The notes beneath the pieces are model-generated. The model was given only the letters and a program-made list of their open reading frames with translations. It made no database searches and was not told the origin of the DNA. Of a stretch of 64,000 bases of DNA, positions 15,338 to 28,300 are shown piece after piece. A program made the position numbers and the translations under genes. This DNA comes from Pristiophorus japonicus (Eukaryota), in assembly GCF_044704955.1 (NCBI RefSeq), contig NC_091980.1, positions 129,332,001-129,396,000 on the forward strand, read 5' to 3'. The first letter of the stretch is position 1. Every line of letters starts with the position of its first letter.

Positions 15338-15696
15338 ATGTTGCCCAGGGAGCTATCGGATGGTAAAAACCCATCTGCTTCACCAATATCCTTAGAGAAG
15401 GAAATCTCTGTCCTTACCTGGTCTGGCCTATATGTGACTCCAAATCCACAGCAATGTGGTTGACCCCTCTTAACTGCCCTCTTAAATGGCCTAGCAAGCC
15501 ACTCAGTTGTAACAAACCACTACGAGAAACATTAATAAGAATAAATCAGGACGGACTACCCAGCATCCACCATGGCACCGGCTTCTGAGATGACAATGGT
15601 ACACCCAGCCAGCCCAGTGGACCCTGCAAAGTCTTCCTCACTAACATCTGGAATCTTGTGCCAAAATGCGGAGAGTTGTCCCACAGGCTAGTCAAG

Positions 15697-16342
15697 ACCA
15701 GGCCCTCAAAACTGCCATCAAGCTCATGGTCTACAGGGCTGTAGTAATACCTGTCCTCCTGTATAGCTCAGAGACATGGACCATGTACAGCAGACACCTC
15801 AAGTTGCTGGAGTAATATCACCAACAATGTCTACAAATCCTACAAATCCCCATGGAGGACAGGCGCACCAACATCAGCGTCCTCGTCCAGGCTAACATCC
15901 CCAGCATTGAAGCACAGATCACATTCGATCAGCTCCGCATGGGCAGGCCACATAGTTCGCATGCCAGATATGAGACTTCCAAAGCAAGTGCTCTACTCGG
16001 AGCTCTGTCAAGCAAATGAGCCAAAGGTGGGCAGCGGAAACACTACAAGGACACCCTCAAAGCCTCCCTGATAAAGTGCGACATCCTCAGTGACACCTTG
16101 GAGTCCCTGGACCAAGACCACCCTAAGTGGAGGAAGTGCAGCCGAGAGAGCGCTGGGCACTTCGAGAGTATGCAGAAATCAAACACAGGCAGCGGAAAGA
16201 GCGTATGGCAAACCAATCCCATCCATTCCTTTCCTCAGCGACTATCTGTGGCTCTCGTGTTAGACTGTTCAGCCACCAAAGAAATCACTTCAGGAGTGCA
16301 AGCATGTCTTCCTCGATTCCAAGGGTCTGCCTATGATGATGA
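15697..16342 (+). mobile_element. 5'-truncated RTE-clade LINE
   Basis: KLMVYRAVVIPVLLYSSETW...GHIVRMPDMRLPKQVLYSEL; (GAT)n tail; target-site duplication TAGTCAAG at 15689-15696 and 16343-16350. Confidence 0.88.
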
Positions 16343-17752
16343 TAGTCAAGCAACAGCCTGACATAGTCATAATCACAGAATCATACCTTTCAGCAAATGT
16401 CCCAGATTCCTCCATCACCATCCCTTCGTATGTCCTGTCGCACCGGAAGGGCAGACCAACCAGAGATGGCGGCTCAATGGTTTACAGTCAGGAGGGAATA
16501 GCGGTAGTAGTCCTCAACATTTACTCTGGACCCGATCAAGTGCCATGGGTTCAGGTCAAGCATGGGCATGGAAAGCTCCTGCTGATTACCTTCGACCACC
16601 CTCTCTCAGCTTGAATCAGTACTCCTCCATGTTGAAGGCCCCTTGGAAGAAGCACTGATACTAGCAATGGACTTCAATGTCCATCACCAAGAGTGGCTCG
16701 GCAGCACTGACCAAGCAGGCTGAGTCCTGAAGGATATAGCTGCCAGATTGAGCTTGCGACAGATGATGAGAGAACGAACACAAGGGTAAAACCTACTTGA
16801 CCTCGTCCTCACCAATGTACCTTTCACAGATTCATCTGCCCATGACAGCTTTGGTAGCAGTGACCACCACACAGTCCTTGGAGACGAAGTCCTGTCTTTA
16901 CATTGAGGACACCCTCCTTGGTGGTGAGTGGCTGAACCTCAGTGTTAAATGGAATAGAATCAAAACAGATCTAGCAGCTCAAAACTTGGCATCCATGAGG
17001 CAGTGTGGGCCATCAGCAGCTGCAGAATTGTATTCCACCAAAATCTGGAAATTCATGGCCCAGCATATCCCTCGCACTAGCTTTACAATCAAACCAAGTG
17101 ACCAATCCTGGTTCAATGAGGAGTGCAGACAAGGATACCAGGAGCAACACCAGGCGCACCTAAAAATGAGATGTCAACCTGGAGAAGCTGCAACTCAGGA
17201 CTACATACATACTAAACAGTGAAAGTAACATGCTACAGACAGAGCGAAGCGATCTCACAATCAATGGATCAGACCAAAGCTCTGCAGTCCGACCACAACC
17301 AGTCATGAATGGTGGTGGACGATTAACCAACAAATGGAAGGAGGAGGCTCCATGAATAACCCCATCCTCAATGATGGCGGAGCCCAGCATGCGAGTGCAA
17401 AAGACAAGGCTGATGTATTTGCAACAACTTTCAGCCAGAAGTGTCTCATGGATGATTTTTTTCAGCCTTCTCCTGAAGTGCCCACCACCACAGAACCCAG
17501 TCTTCATCCAATTCAGTTCACTTCACAAGATATCAAGAAACAGCTGAGTGCACTGAATACTGTAAAGGCTATAGGCCCCGACATCATCCTGTCCGGTTCA
17601 TGGTCCAGAACTAGCCGCGCCTCGAGCCAAGCTGTTCCAGTACAGAGACACTGGCATCCACCCAACAATGTGAAAAACTTCCCAGGTACGTCCTGTCCAC
17701 AAAAAGCAGGACAAATCCATTCAAGCCAATTACCGCTCCATCAGTCAATTCC

Positions 17753-18232
17753 TCATCATCATAGGCAGTCCTTCAAAACAAGGATGACTTGCTTCCAAAA
17801 AGGAATGAGTTCACAGGTGTTTCAATGAAGGACCTAATATTCCAGATCCTGAACTACATCTTGGAGGGTTAAAAATGCCCGTGCTTGGATTTTTTAAACG
17901 TGTGGTGCCTGTTGCACACCAGTCACCACACGGGCTTGACAGAGCTAGGACTTGGTCCAGTGACAAGGATTACCCAAGATGACTGGAGACTAGCTCTGCT
18001 GCACAGACTGAGCGCGCACACATACAGCAGTGTGGGCTTGCTCGTGCTGCCCCTGGGCCCTCGTCTCCTCTGGGCCCCAGACTCACGCCTCTCCTGGGCC
18101 CCGGTCACTTCCTTCTACAAACTCTTGACACTTCTTCGCCCCTCCTGCTGTGCCTGCCCGCACTGCAATGAGCGACCTGACTTCGCAGTCATTATCACAT
18201 TGCTGTTTGTGGGAGCTTCCTGTGCGCAAATT
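17753..18232 (-). mobile_element. Non-autonomous RTE-tailed element
   Basis: 3' end GTCATCCT...GACTGCCTATGATGATGA matches the RTE tail near 16330; homologous to 39592-40030; interrupts the host LINE RT. Confidence 0.7.
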
Positions 18233-19196
18233 ATCAGCAAAGTGATGGAAGATGTTGTCGACAGTGGTACTCATCAATAATCTGTTCACCGGTGCCCAGT
18301 TTGGGTTGCGCCAGGACCACTCGGCTCCTGACCTCATTACAGCCTTGGTCCAAACATGTACAAAGGAGCTGAATTCCAGGTGAAGTGAGAGTGACTGCCT
18401 TTGACATCAAGGCAGCATCTGACTGAGTGCGGCATCAGGAGCCCTAGTAAAACTGAAGTCAATGCAAATATAGAAAACTCTCCACTAGCTGGAGTCATAT
18501 CTAGCACAAAGGAAGTTGGTTGTGATTGCTGGAGGTCAATCATCTCACCCCAGGACATAGCTGCAGGAGTTCCTCAGGGCAGTGTCCTATGCCAACTATC
18601 TTATACTGCTTCATCAATGATCATCCCTCCATCATAAAGGCCAGAAGTGGAGATGTTTGTTGATGATTGCACAGTGGTCAGTTCAATTTGCAACACCTGA
18701 GAAATGAAGCAGTCCACGCCCAAATGCAGCAAGACCTGGACAACATTCAAGCTTGGGCTGATAAGGGACAAGTAACAATGGTGCCACACAAATGCCAGGC
18801 AATGACTATCTGCAACAAGCAAGAGTCTAACCACCTAACCTTAGAATTCACTGTCACTGAATTCCCCAGCATCGAAACCTGGGGTCACCGTTGACCGGAA
18901 ACTTAACTAGACCAGCCGCAAAAACACTTTGGTAACAAGAGTGGGTCAGAGGCTGGGTATTCTGCAGTGAGTGTCTCACCTCCTGACAACCTAAAGCCTT
19001 TCCACCATCTACAAGGCACAAGTCAGGAGTGTGGTGGAATACTCTCCACTGACCTGGATGAGTGCAACTTCAACAATACGGAAAAAGCATGAGACCATCC
19101 AGGACAAAGCAGCTCTCTTGATTGGCATCCCATCCATCACCTTCACCATTCGCTGCCTCCACCACCGGTGCACCATGGCTGCAGTGTGTACCATCG

Positions 19197-22100
19197 ACAA
19201 GATGCACTGCAGCAACTCACCAAGGCTTTTTCAGCAGCACTTGCCAACCCAAAAGCTCTAACACCTAGAAGGAAAAGGGCAGCAGAAGTTTGGGAACACT
19301 ATCAGCTGCAAGTTCCTCTCCAACTTACACACCAACCTGACTTGGAAATATATCACCATTCCTTCTTCGTCACTGGAGGAAAATCCTGAAACTCCCTCCC
19401 TAACAGCATTGTGGAAGTATCTTCACCACAAGACTGCAGCGGTGCAAGAAAATGGCTGACCAGCACCTTCTCAAGGGCAATTAGGAACGGGTAATATATG
19501 CTGGCCTTGAGCTCAGACATTGCTGGTCTCTGTAGCTGTTACTCACTTCTTTGCCCACACAGCTTAATAGAGAATCCACAACAGCAGTGGTGCGTTTACT
19601 GAGCTACACGTAGTAATAACTCTGAATGCAAAGAGTATAGATGCATTTAAGGGGAAGCTAGATAAACACAAGGGAGAAAGGAATAGAAGGATATGCTAAT
19701 AAGTCGAGATGAAGTGGGGTGGGAGAAGGCTCACATGGAGCATAAACCACAGCATGGGCCAGTTGGCCCAAATGGTCTTTCTCTGTGCTGTAAATTGTAA
19801 GTAATTCTTAAAACATGAGCACCTGTAAAGTTTCACATCGAGTGAGCTGGAGACTTTGTTGAATACATGGAGCCTTCAAATCCATCAGCACGCAGACCCA
19901 GGCTGACTCATGGAACTGTGGCTCATCAATTTTTGAATTTTGTAACATTGATACCTCAAAGGGTCTTTTGAGAGTTGCTAAGACATTAACCTGGAATGTC
20001 TGTACATGGCAATTTAATTGCACCCAATACAGTTCTCAGCTAAATTCCTAAAAATAACTTGTAAACACTGGATTTTTAGAGCTGCAGCATTAACATTTGA
20101 ATCCATCCATAGCCATAAAGGAGAGAAATGGAGATCCAATCCAGGGTGATGGTTATATAACGCACAGTGGGACTAAATACAAATTGATAGTGGGCTAAAA
20201 AATTGAGAATGTTGGCATTGGGGCCAGGGCATTTGAAAAATGGGTTTAACTTCTTGGGCCTTTTATTTTGTGGAATTAATGAAATATATTTACTCATCCC
20301 AGAAGGATTATATTTTGTTGGAGTACCGTTAGTCCTTCAATACCTTACCCAATTCCTTATTCATGTGAATGGAGGTTGTGTTGGTGCGTTATTCAACCAT
20401 GATGGGAGCGGGCGGAAGAGAAGCTGTCCCAGAACCACACCCATAGGGTATCCACACTAACCAATGAAGCTGTGACAGCAAGCTGATGCCACGTGTTGCT
20501 TTCCTTCCTCACCCAATTGTAGTGCCCAGAGCTCAGTGTGCTGAGACATTGCTTGTCTGCCTACAAAACTTAACAGAAAGCCTATAGCAGCAATTGGGAG
20601 TTCCATTACTGAACTGCCTGGATAACTGAACAGGATCTGTAGCAGCTACTGAATACAAACTGCTCTTCACAGGGCAGGTACACTAAATAGGAAGCTAATC
20701 CAGGACTTATTCTTCACTGGACTGAAATAGTGCAAACTGGTTTAATGGAAAACATTCCTGGTGTTGAACACATTTTACAGCTACTTGCATTTTGTTGGAT
20801 TTAATTGTTATTTATGTAAGAGCAGATAGTGAGACCAGGTAATGTTGTACAGAAATCTAAGGTCCAAGCTCTGGAGATCCCTCCCTAACCATCTCTGTAC
20901 GTCCTTAATACATACCTCTGATCAGGTTTTTGGTCACTGGACCAATATCCCATGGGGCTGTCAATTGTCTAAATGCACCCTTCAACGTTTTAGATCTTAC
21001 AAGAGGTATGGAGAAGCTGGCAACAAGATGCACTGCAGCAACTCGCCAAGGCTTCTTCAGCAGCACTTGCCAACGCATTAGCTCTAACACCTAGAAGGAC
21101 AAGGGCAGCAGAGGTTTGGGAACACTATCACCTGCAAGTTCACCTCCAACTTACACACCAACCTGATTTGGAAATATATCGCCGTTCCTTCTTCGTCACT
21201 GGAGGAAAATCCTGAAACTCCCTCCCGAACAGCACTGTGGGAGTATCTTCACCACAAGACTGCAGCGGTTCAAGAAAATGGCTGACGAGTACCTTCTCAA
21301 GGGCAATTAGGGATGGGCAATATATGCTGGCCTTGAGCTCAGACATTGCGTGTCTCTATAGCTGTTACTCACTTCTTTGCCCACACAGCTTAACAGAAAA
21401 TCCACAGCAGCAGTGGTGCGTTTATTGAGATACCTGCAGTAATAACTCTAAATGCAAAGAGTATAGATGCTTTTAAGGGGAAGCTAGATAAACACGAGAG
21501 AGAAAGGAATAGAAGGATATGCTAATAGATCTACATGAAGTGGGGTGGGAGAAGGCTCACATGGAGCATAACCCACAGCCTGGGCCAGTTGGCCCGAATG
21601 GTCTTTTTCTGTGCTGTAAATTGTAAGTAACTGTTAAAACATGAGCACCTGTAAAATTTCACATCGAGTGAGCTGGAGATTTTGTTGAATACATGAAGCC
21701 ATCAAATCCATCAGCACGCAGACCCAGGCTGACGCGTGGAACTGTGGCTCATCAATATATGAAGTTTTAAAACACCGATACCCCAAAGATGCTTTTGAGA
21801 GTTGCTAAGACATTAACCTGGAATGTGTGTACATGGCAATTTAATTGCATGCAATACAGTTCTCACTAAATTGCTAAAAATAACTTGTAAACACTGGATT
21901 ATTGGAACTGCAGCATTAACATTTGAATCCATCCATAGCCATGAAGGAGAGAAATGGAGATCCAATCCAGGGTGATGGTTATATAACAAACAGAGGGCCT
22001 AAATACAAATTGATAGTGGGCTTATAAATTGAGTGTGTAGGCATTGGGGCCAGGGCAGGGGAAAAATGGGTTTAACTTCTTGGGCTTTTTGCTTTGTAGA

Positions 22101-22836
22101 ATTAATGAAATACATTTACTCCTTCCAGAGGATTATATTTTGTTGGCGTACAGTTAGTCCTTCAATACCTTACCCAATTCCTTATTCATGTGAATCGAGG
22201 TTGTGTTAGTATGTTATTCAACAATGATGGGAGCGGGCGGAAGAGAAGCTGTCCCAGAACCACACCACACAAGGGTATCCACACTAACCAATGAAGATGT
22301 GACAGCAAGCTGATGCCACCTGTTGTTTTCCCTCCTCACCCAATTGTAGTGCCCAGAGCACATTGTGCTAAGACATTGCTTGTCTGCCTACAAAACTGAA
22401 CAGAAAGCCTATAACAGCAGTTGTGAGTTCCATTACTGAACTGCCTGGATAAGTGAAGAGGATCTGTAGCAGCTACTGAATACAAACTGCTCTTCACAGG
22501 GCAGGTACACTAAATACGAAGCTAATCCAGGATTTATTCTTCTCTGGACTGAAATGGTGCAAAATGGTTTAATGGAAAACATTCCTGGTGTTTAACACAT
22601 TTTACAGCTACTTGCATTTTGTTGGATTTAATTGTTATTTATGTAAGGTCAGATATTGGGAACAGCTAATGTTACACAGAAGTCTAAGGTCCAAGCTCTG
22701 GAGATCCCTCCCTAATCATCTCTGTACCTCCTTAATACATACCTTTGATCAGATTTTTGGTCACTGGGCCAATATCCCATGGGGCTGTCAATTGTCTAAA
22801 CGCAACCTTCAACGTCTTACATCTTACAACAGGTAT
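19197..22836. repeat. Tandem duplication of ~1.8 kb (19197-21009 and 21023-22836)
   Basis: Both units start ACAAGATGCACTGCAGCAACTC and stay colinear to ATCTTACAA(G/C)AGGTAT. Confidence 0.92.
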
Positions 22837-23139
22837 ATATCCCAGTTACGACAATCGACATTACACTCGAGGATAAACAAATTTCATAGAACTGAATGCC
22901 ATCACACTGTTGCACAGCTCAGTTTAATTCTTGTTTGATGTAAACCAAGTTATGTGAAATGAAAAATAAGCAACCACTCAAATTTACAAGGAGACAAAAC
23001 TCAGTCCAATGTTGAACAGTTTATTTACACTGACGGGTCTCAGCTCTTTGTACAAAATCACAAGCCATCATTCCCGACAGGACTGGGTCTAAATTATAGA
23101 AATACAAGTATTAACCACAATAAGCTTCATCCAGTCAGT

Positions 23140-23761
<622 letters not shown>

Positions 23762-25360
23762 CTAGAAAGCAACATTTCACATATAATGGATTAAACAAAC
23801 CTACAATCAAATGTCAACATTACCATGATCCAATGTGTTAGAATATAAAATTGCCATGAGGCCATCACAACTATTGGAGTCATATTAATGAAGCAAATAG
23901 CATATTTAAGGGGATACTAGGCAAGTGCATGGGAGAGAAAGGAATAGAACAATATGTTGATCGGGTTAGATGAAGCAAGAAGAGAGAAGGCTTGTGTGGA
24001 GCATAAAAACTGGCATTGACCAGCTTGGCCAAATTAGAAACAAATTGTCTTATATTGATGGCCTTTAGTTTTGCTCTTCCCCACACATGGAAACATTCTC
24101 TTTGTATCTACTCTATCAAACATTTCATAATTATATAGACCTCTATTTGCTCACCTCTCAGCCTTCTCTTTTCAAGAGAAAAGAGACCCAGCCTGTTCAT
24201 CCTTTCCTGATAAGTATACCCTCACTTTTCAGGTATCATCCTTGTAAATCCTTTTTACACCCTCTTCAGTTGTTCTGTAACTGTGCCTCATCATAGATTC
24301 ATACAACACAGAAGGAGGCCATTCAGTCCATTGTGCCTGTGCAGGCTCTTTGAAAGAGTGATCCAATTAGTCCCACTCCTCAGCTCCTTCCCCATAACCT
24401 GAGATTTTTTTCTTTTCACCTATATATCCAATTCACCTTTTCAAAGATGCACTTAAATCTGCTTCTACCGTACTTTCAGGCAGCGTGTTCCAGATCAAAA
24501 CAACTCGTTGCGTAAAAAAATTTCTCATCTCTCCTCTCTAGTCCTTTCCCTTTCATGTTGGTGTTTCTCTGAGATCCAAAGCTATGACGTCTGGTTTCAG
24601 TGCAGAAGTGGTTCAGTCCTGGATTAGCTGTTGAGAGGTGTTCGCTTGGATTAAAACTCTGCTTCAGATGGGCAGAGCGGATGGCAGTGATTAAGGTCCA
24701 GAGCCACCAATCACATCCACAGGCACTGCCCTTTTGAGGGAGATACCACCAATGAGCACAGTTGAGCCACCTGACCCGAACATTTGTCTGTATATTTACA
24801 CCTGTATTGGTCGAAGGATCCAAGATGCAGTGACTGTCCTGCGGTCACAAAGGGCTTAGACCAAACTGATGGACATCACATGGTCACACTCAATGGCCAT
24901 CCTGGTGGGCACCAGAGACTTCGATTCAGGCCTGTGATCATTGAGTCTGGGGGACCCTTTGATCCTTTCCACAAGATCTCTTTGAATTCAGTGTCACTCC
25001 CTGTGATGAATCGGGATGGCGATAGGCACAGAAAGCCCAAGGTGGTGAGAAGTTTCCTTTGCTATTGATGAATTTTCATACAATAGCAAAGATCGAATAA
25101 GGTGACTGGAAACTTTGAGAGATGCAAAGACATTAATGAGGAATGACTGAAGATGGCAATTTCATTGCACTCACTGTAGTTCTCAACGAATTAACTTATA
25201 AACATTGGATAAATACAGTTGCAGTGTCAAAATTTGAATCCATTCTCAGGGTGAAGGAGACACATGGAGATCCAGTAGGATTTGGAGAGGTTGATTGTGA
25301 TTTGGTATGAAATGCACAATGGGACTGAATACAAATAGATACATTTATGGAGAAGCTGCT

Positions 25361-28300
25361 TGTTACACTCATAATAAATGGTTAGACTGAGTATTGTGTG
25401 TAATGAGCAAGTGTGATCTTAGTTCCATTATTACAATTACATCGTGGGTGACCTGCTTATATACTGTGCTCCCAAGGGATTCCCTCAGGTGGTCAGGTGT
25501 GATGCAGGTTACAAGGGGTTAAATACATAACATCACTCCCCCGTGAAGTCAACAGTACACTTATTTACAAGGTGAGACAATCTGGGGCTTTGTGCTCCCT
25601 TGTCTATCGTCTCGGTACAAATGCTGGTGAAGGTGGGTTGGTCCTTTCTTCACTGGGCTTTTGGGCAGCTGACTTTGCCGGGCTTCTGGGGATGATGAGT
25701 TCTGTTTTGTGGTCAACTATGATGTCAGTTGCCACTTGTGTGTGTGTGTTGGAAGGTCAAATTTGGTTGGGTCCTCTTCGGGTTGTTTGTAGCTGTTGGT
25801 GAACCGCAATTTGATTTGGTCCAAATGTTTTCTGTGCATTTGTCCATTGGTCAGTTTGACCTGAAACACCCTGCTCCCCTCTTAGGCTGTGACCAAGGTG
25901 AGCCATTTGGGACCATATCCATAATTGAGCATAAACACAGGATCATTGATCTCAATAACGCATGACAAATTTGTGCGGATATGGTACACACTTTGTTAAT
26001 GTCGCTTGCCCTCCACGTGATCATGGCGATCAGGGTGGACAAGAGAGAGCCTTGTTTTAAGCACCCTTTTCATGAGCAGCTCAACTGGGGGAATCCCGGT
26101 GAGTGAGTGGGGTCTGGTGCGGTAGCTAAGCAGTACTTGGGACAACTAGGTCTGCAGGGAGCCTTTCGACACACGTTGCAAGTTTTGCTTGACGGTCTGA
26201 ACTGTCCGTTCTGCTTGGCCGTTGAATGCGGGCTTGAACGGGGCAGATGTGACATGTTTGATCCCGTTGCGGGTCATGACTTCCTTGAATTCAGCACCGA
26301 TGAAGCACGGCCTATTGTCACTGACTAGGACATCAGGCAAGTCGTGCGTGGCAAACCTGGCTCGTAGGCTTTCAATGGTGGCCGTGGATGTGCTTACAGT
26401 CATTATTGCACATTCAATCCATTTTAAGGAAGCGTCCACGACAACCAAAAACATTTATTCCAAGAATCTACATGGATCCTCGACCACAGTTTGGATGGCC
26501 ATGACCACAAACTTAGCGGTGCCCCTCTGGGTGCTTTGCTCAGCTGAGAGTAAGTGCTGCACTGGTGCATGCATGACTCTAAATCTGAGTCGATGCCAGG
26601 CCACCACACGTGAGATCTGGCTATGGCTTTCATCATTACGATGCCTGGGTGGGTGTTGTGCAGTTTGCAAATAAATGTGTCTCTGACTTTCTTGGGCAAG
26701 ACCACGCGATTACCCCACAAAAGACAGTGCGCCTGCAGGGACGACTTGTCTTTGTGCCTGTGGAATGGCTGAATCACTTCCTGCATCGCCACTGGGACAC
26801 TGGACCAGCTCTCATGGAGAACACAGTTTTTTTACCAAGGACAGTACTGGATCCTGGCTGGCCCAGATCTGGTGGGCCGTAATGGAGGACTTCTCGTTCT
26901 CAAATGCCTCCGTGACCATGAGCAAGTCCGCTGGCAGTGCCATTTCCACCCCGGTGGTGGGCAATAGTAGCAGACTGAGAGCTTCTGCACAGTTCTCTGT
27001 GCCCGGTTTGTAGCAGATTACATTGTTATATGCCGACAGTGTGAGCGTCCATCTTTGGATGCGGGCAGAGGCATTGGTATTAATCCTTTTGCTCTCCGAG
27101 TATAGCAATATGACCGGCTTGTGTTCAGTTTCAAGCTCGAACTTCAGGCCAAACAAGTACTGGTGCATTTTTTTACACTGTACATTCATGCCAGAGACAC
27201 TTTTTCAACCATGTTGTAGGCCCTTTCGGCCTTGGATAATTTCCTGGATGCATGCGCAACTGGTTGCAAGATCCCCGATTCATTAGCCTGTTGTAACACA
27301 CACCATACCCCATATGACGACGCATTGCAATCTAACACTAATCATTGACATGGGTTATACAGGACAAGCAGTTTGTTAGAACATAATAAGTTTCTGGCTT
27401 TCTTAAAGGCAGCCTCTTGTGAATTCCTCCATACATAGTCATCTCCCTTGTGCAGTAGCGCATGTAGGGGTTCTAGCAGGGTGCTTAACCCAGGTAGGAA
27501 ATTACAGAAGTAGTTAAGGAGTCCCAGGAATGACCGCAGCTCCATCATGTTCTGTGGTCGTTGCGTATTCTTGATGTCCTCCGTCTTGGCGTCGGTGGGT
27601 CTGATGCCATATGCAGCGATTCTCCTTCCTAAGAATTTGACGTTCTGTGCCAAGAAAACGCACTTTGAGCGTTTCAATCTGAGCCCCAGGCGATCCAACC
27701 AACTAAGAATCTCCTCCAGATTCTTCAAGTGCTCTATGGTGTCCCGACCTGTAACCAATAATTCGTCCTGGAAGACCACTGTGCAAGGAACTGACTTTAG
27801 CAGGCTTTCCATGTTCCACTGGAAGATCGCTGCGGCCGACCGAATCCCGAACAGGCACAGGTTGTAGATAAATAGACCTTTGTGCGTGTTATGCAGGTGA
27901 GACCTTTCGAAGACTCCTCCAGCTCCTGCATCATGTAGATCGAGGTCAGGTCCAGCTTGGTGAACGTCATCCCTCTAGCCAGGGTCGCAAATAGATGGTC
28001 TGCCTTGGGTAACGGGTTCTGGTATTGCAGCGAAAAACGGTTAATCGTTAGGTTATAGTCCCCGCAAATTCCAACCGTACTGTCCTCCTTGAGTTCCGGG
28101 ACAATTAGACTGGCCCAGTCGTTGAATACCACCGGCGCAATGATGCCTTTGCGTTGCAGCCTGTCCAGCTCAATTTCCACTTTTTCACGCGTCGTGTACG
28201 GTACCGCCCGAGCCTTGCGGTGGATGTGTCACGTTCCAGGAAACAAATGGATCTGCACTTTCGCCCCCCGAGAAGCATCCAATGCTTAGCTCGAATAACA

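Larger units (their letters stand above)
12140..19509 (+). mobile_element. Long decayed CR1/L2-group LINE hosting three later insertions
   Basis: APE remnant (LVKQQPDIVIITESYL), RT remnants (FDIKAA, GVPQGSVL, MFVDD), 3' end CCTTCTCAAGGGCAATTAGG...GCTGGCCTTG; the sequence rejoins across the inserts. Confidence 0.75.

Noticed and set aside
13644-15386. 580-aa ORF as a host gene or novel RT system
   Set aside because: It is a standard CR1 ORF2 with a microsatellite tail, inserted in another repeat.
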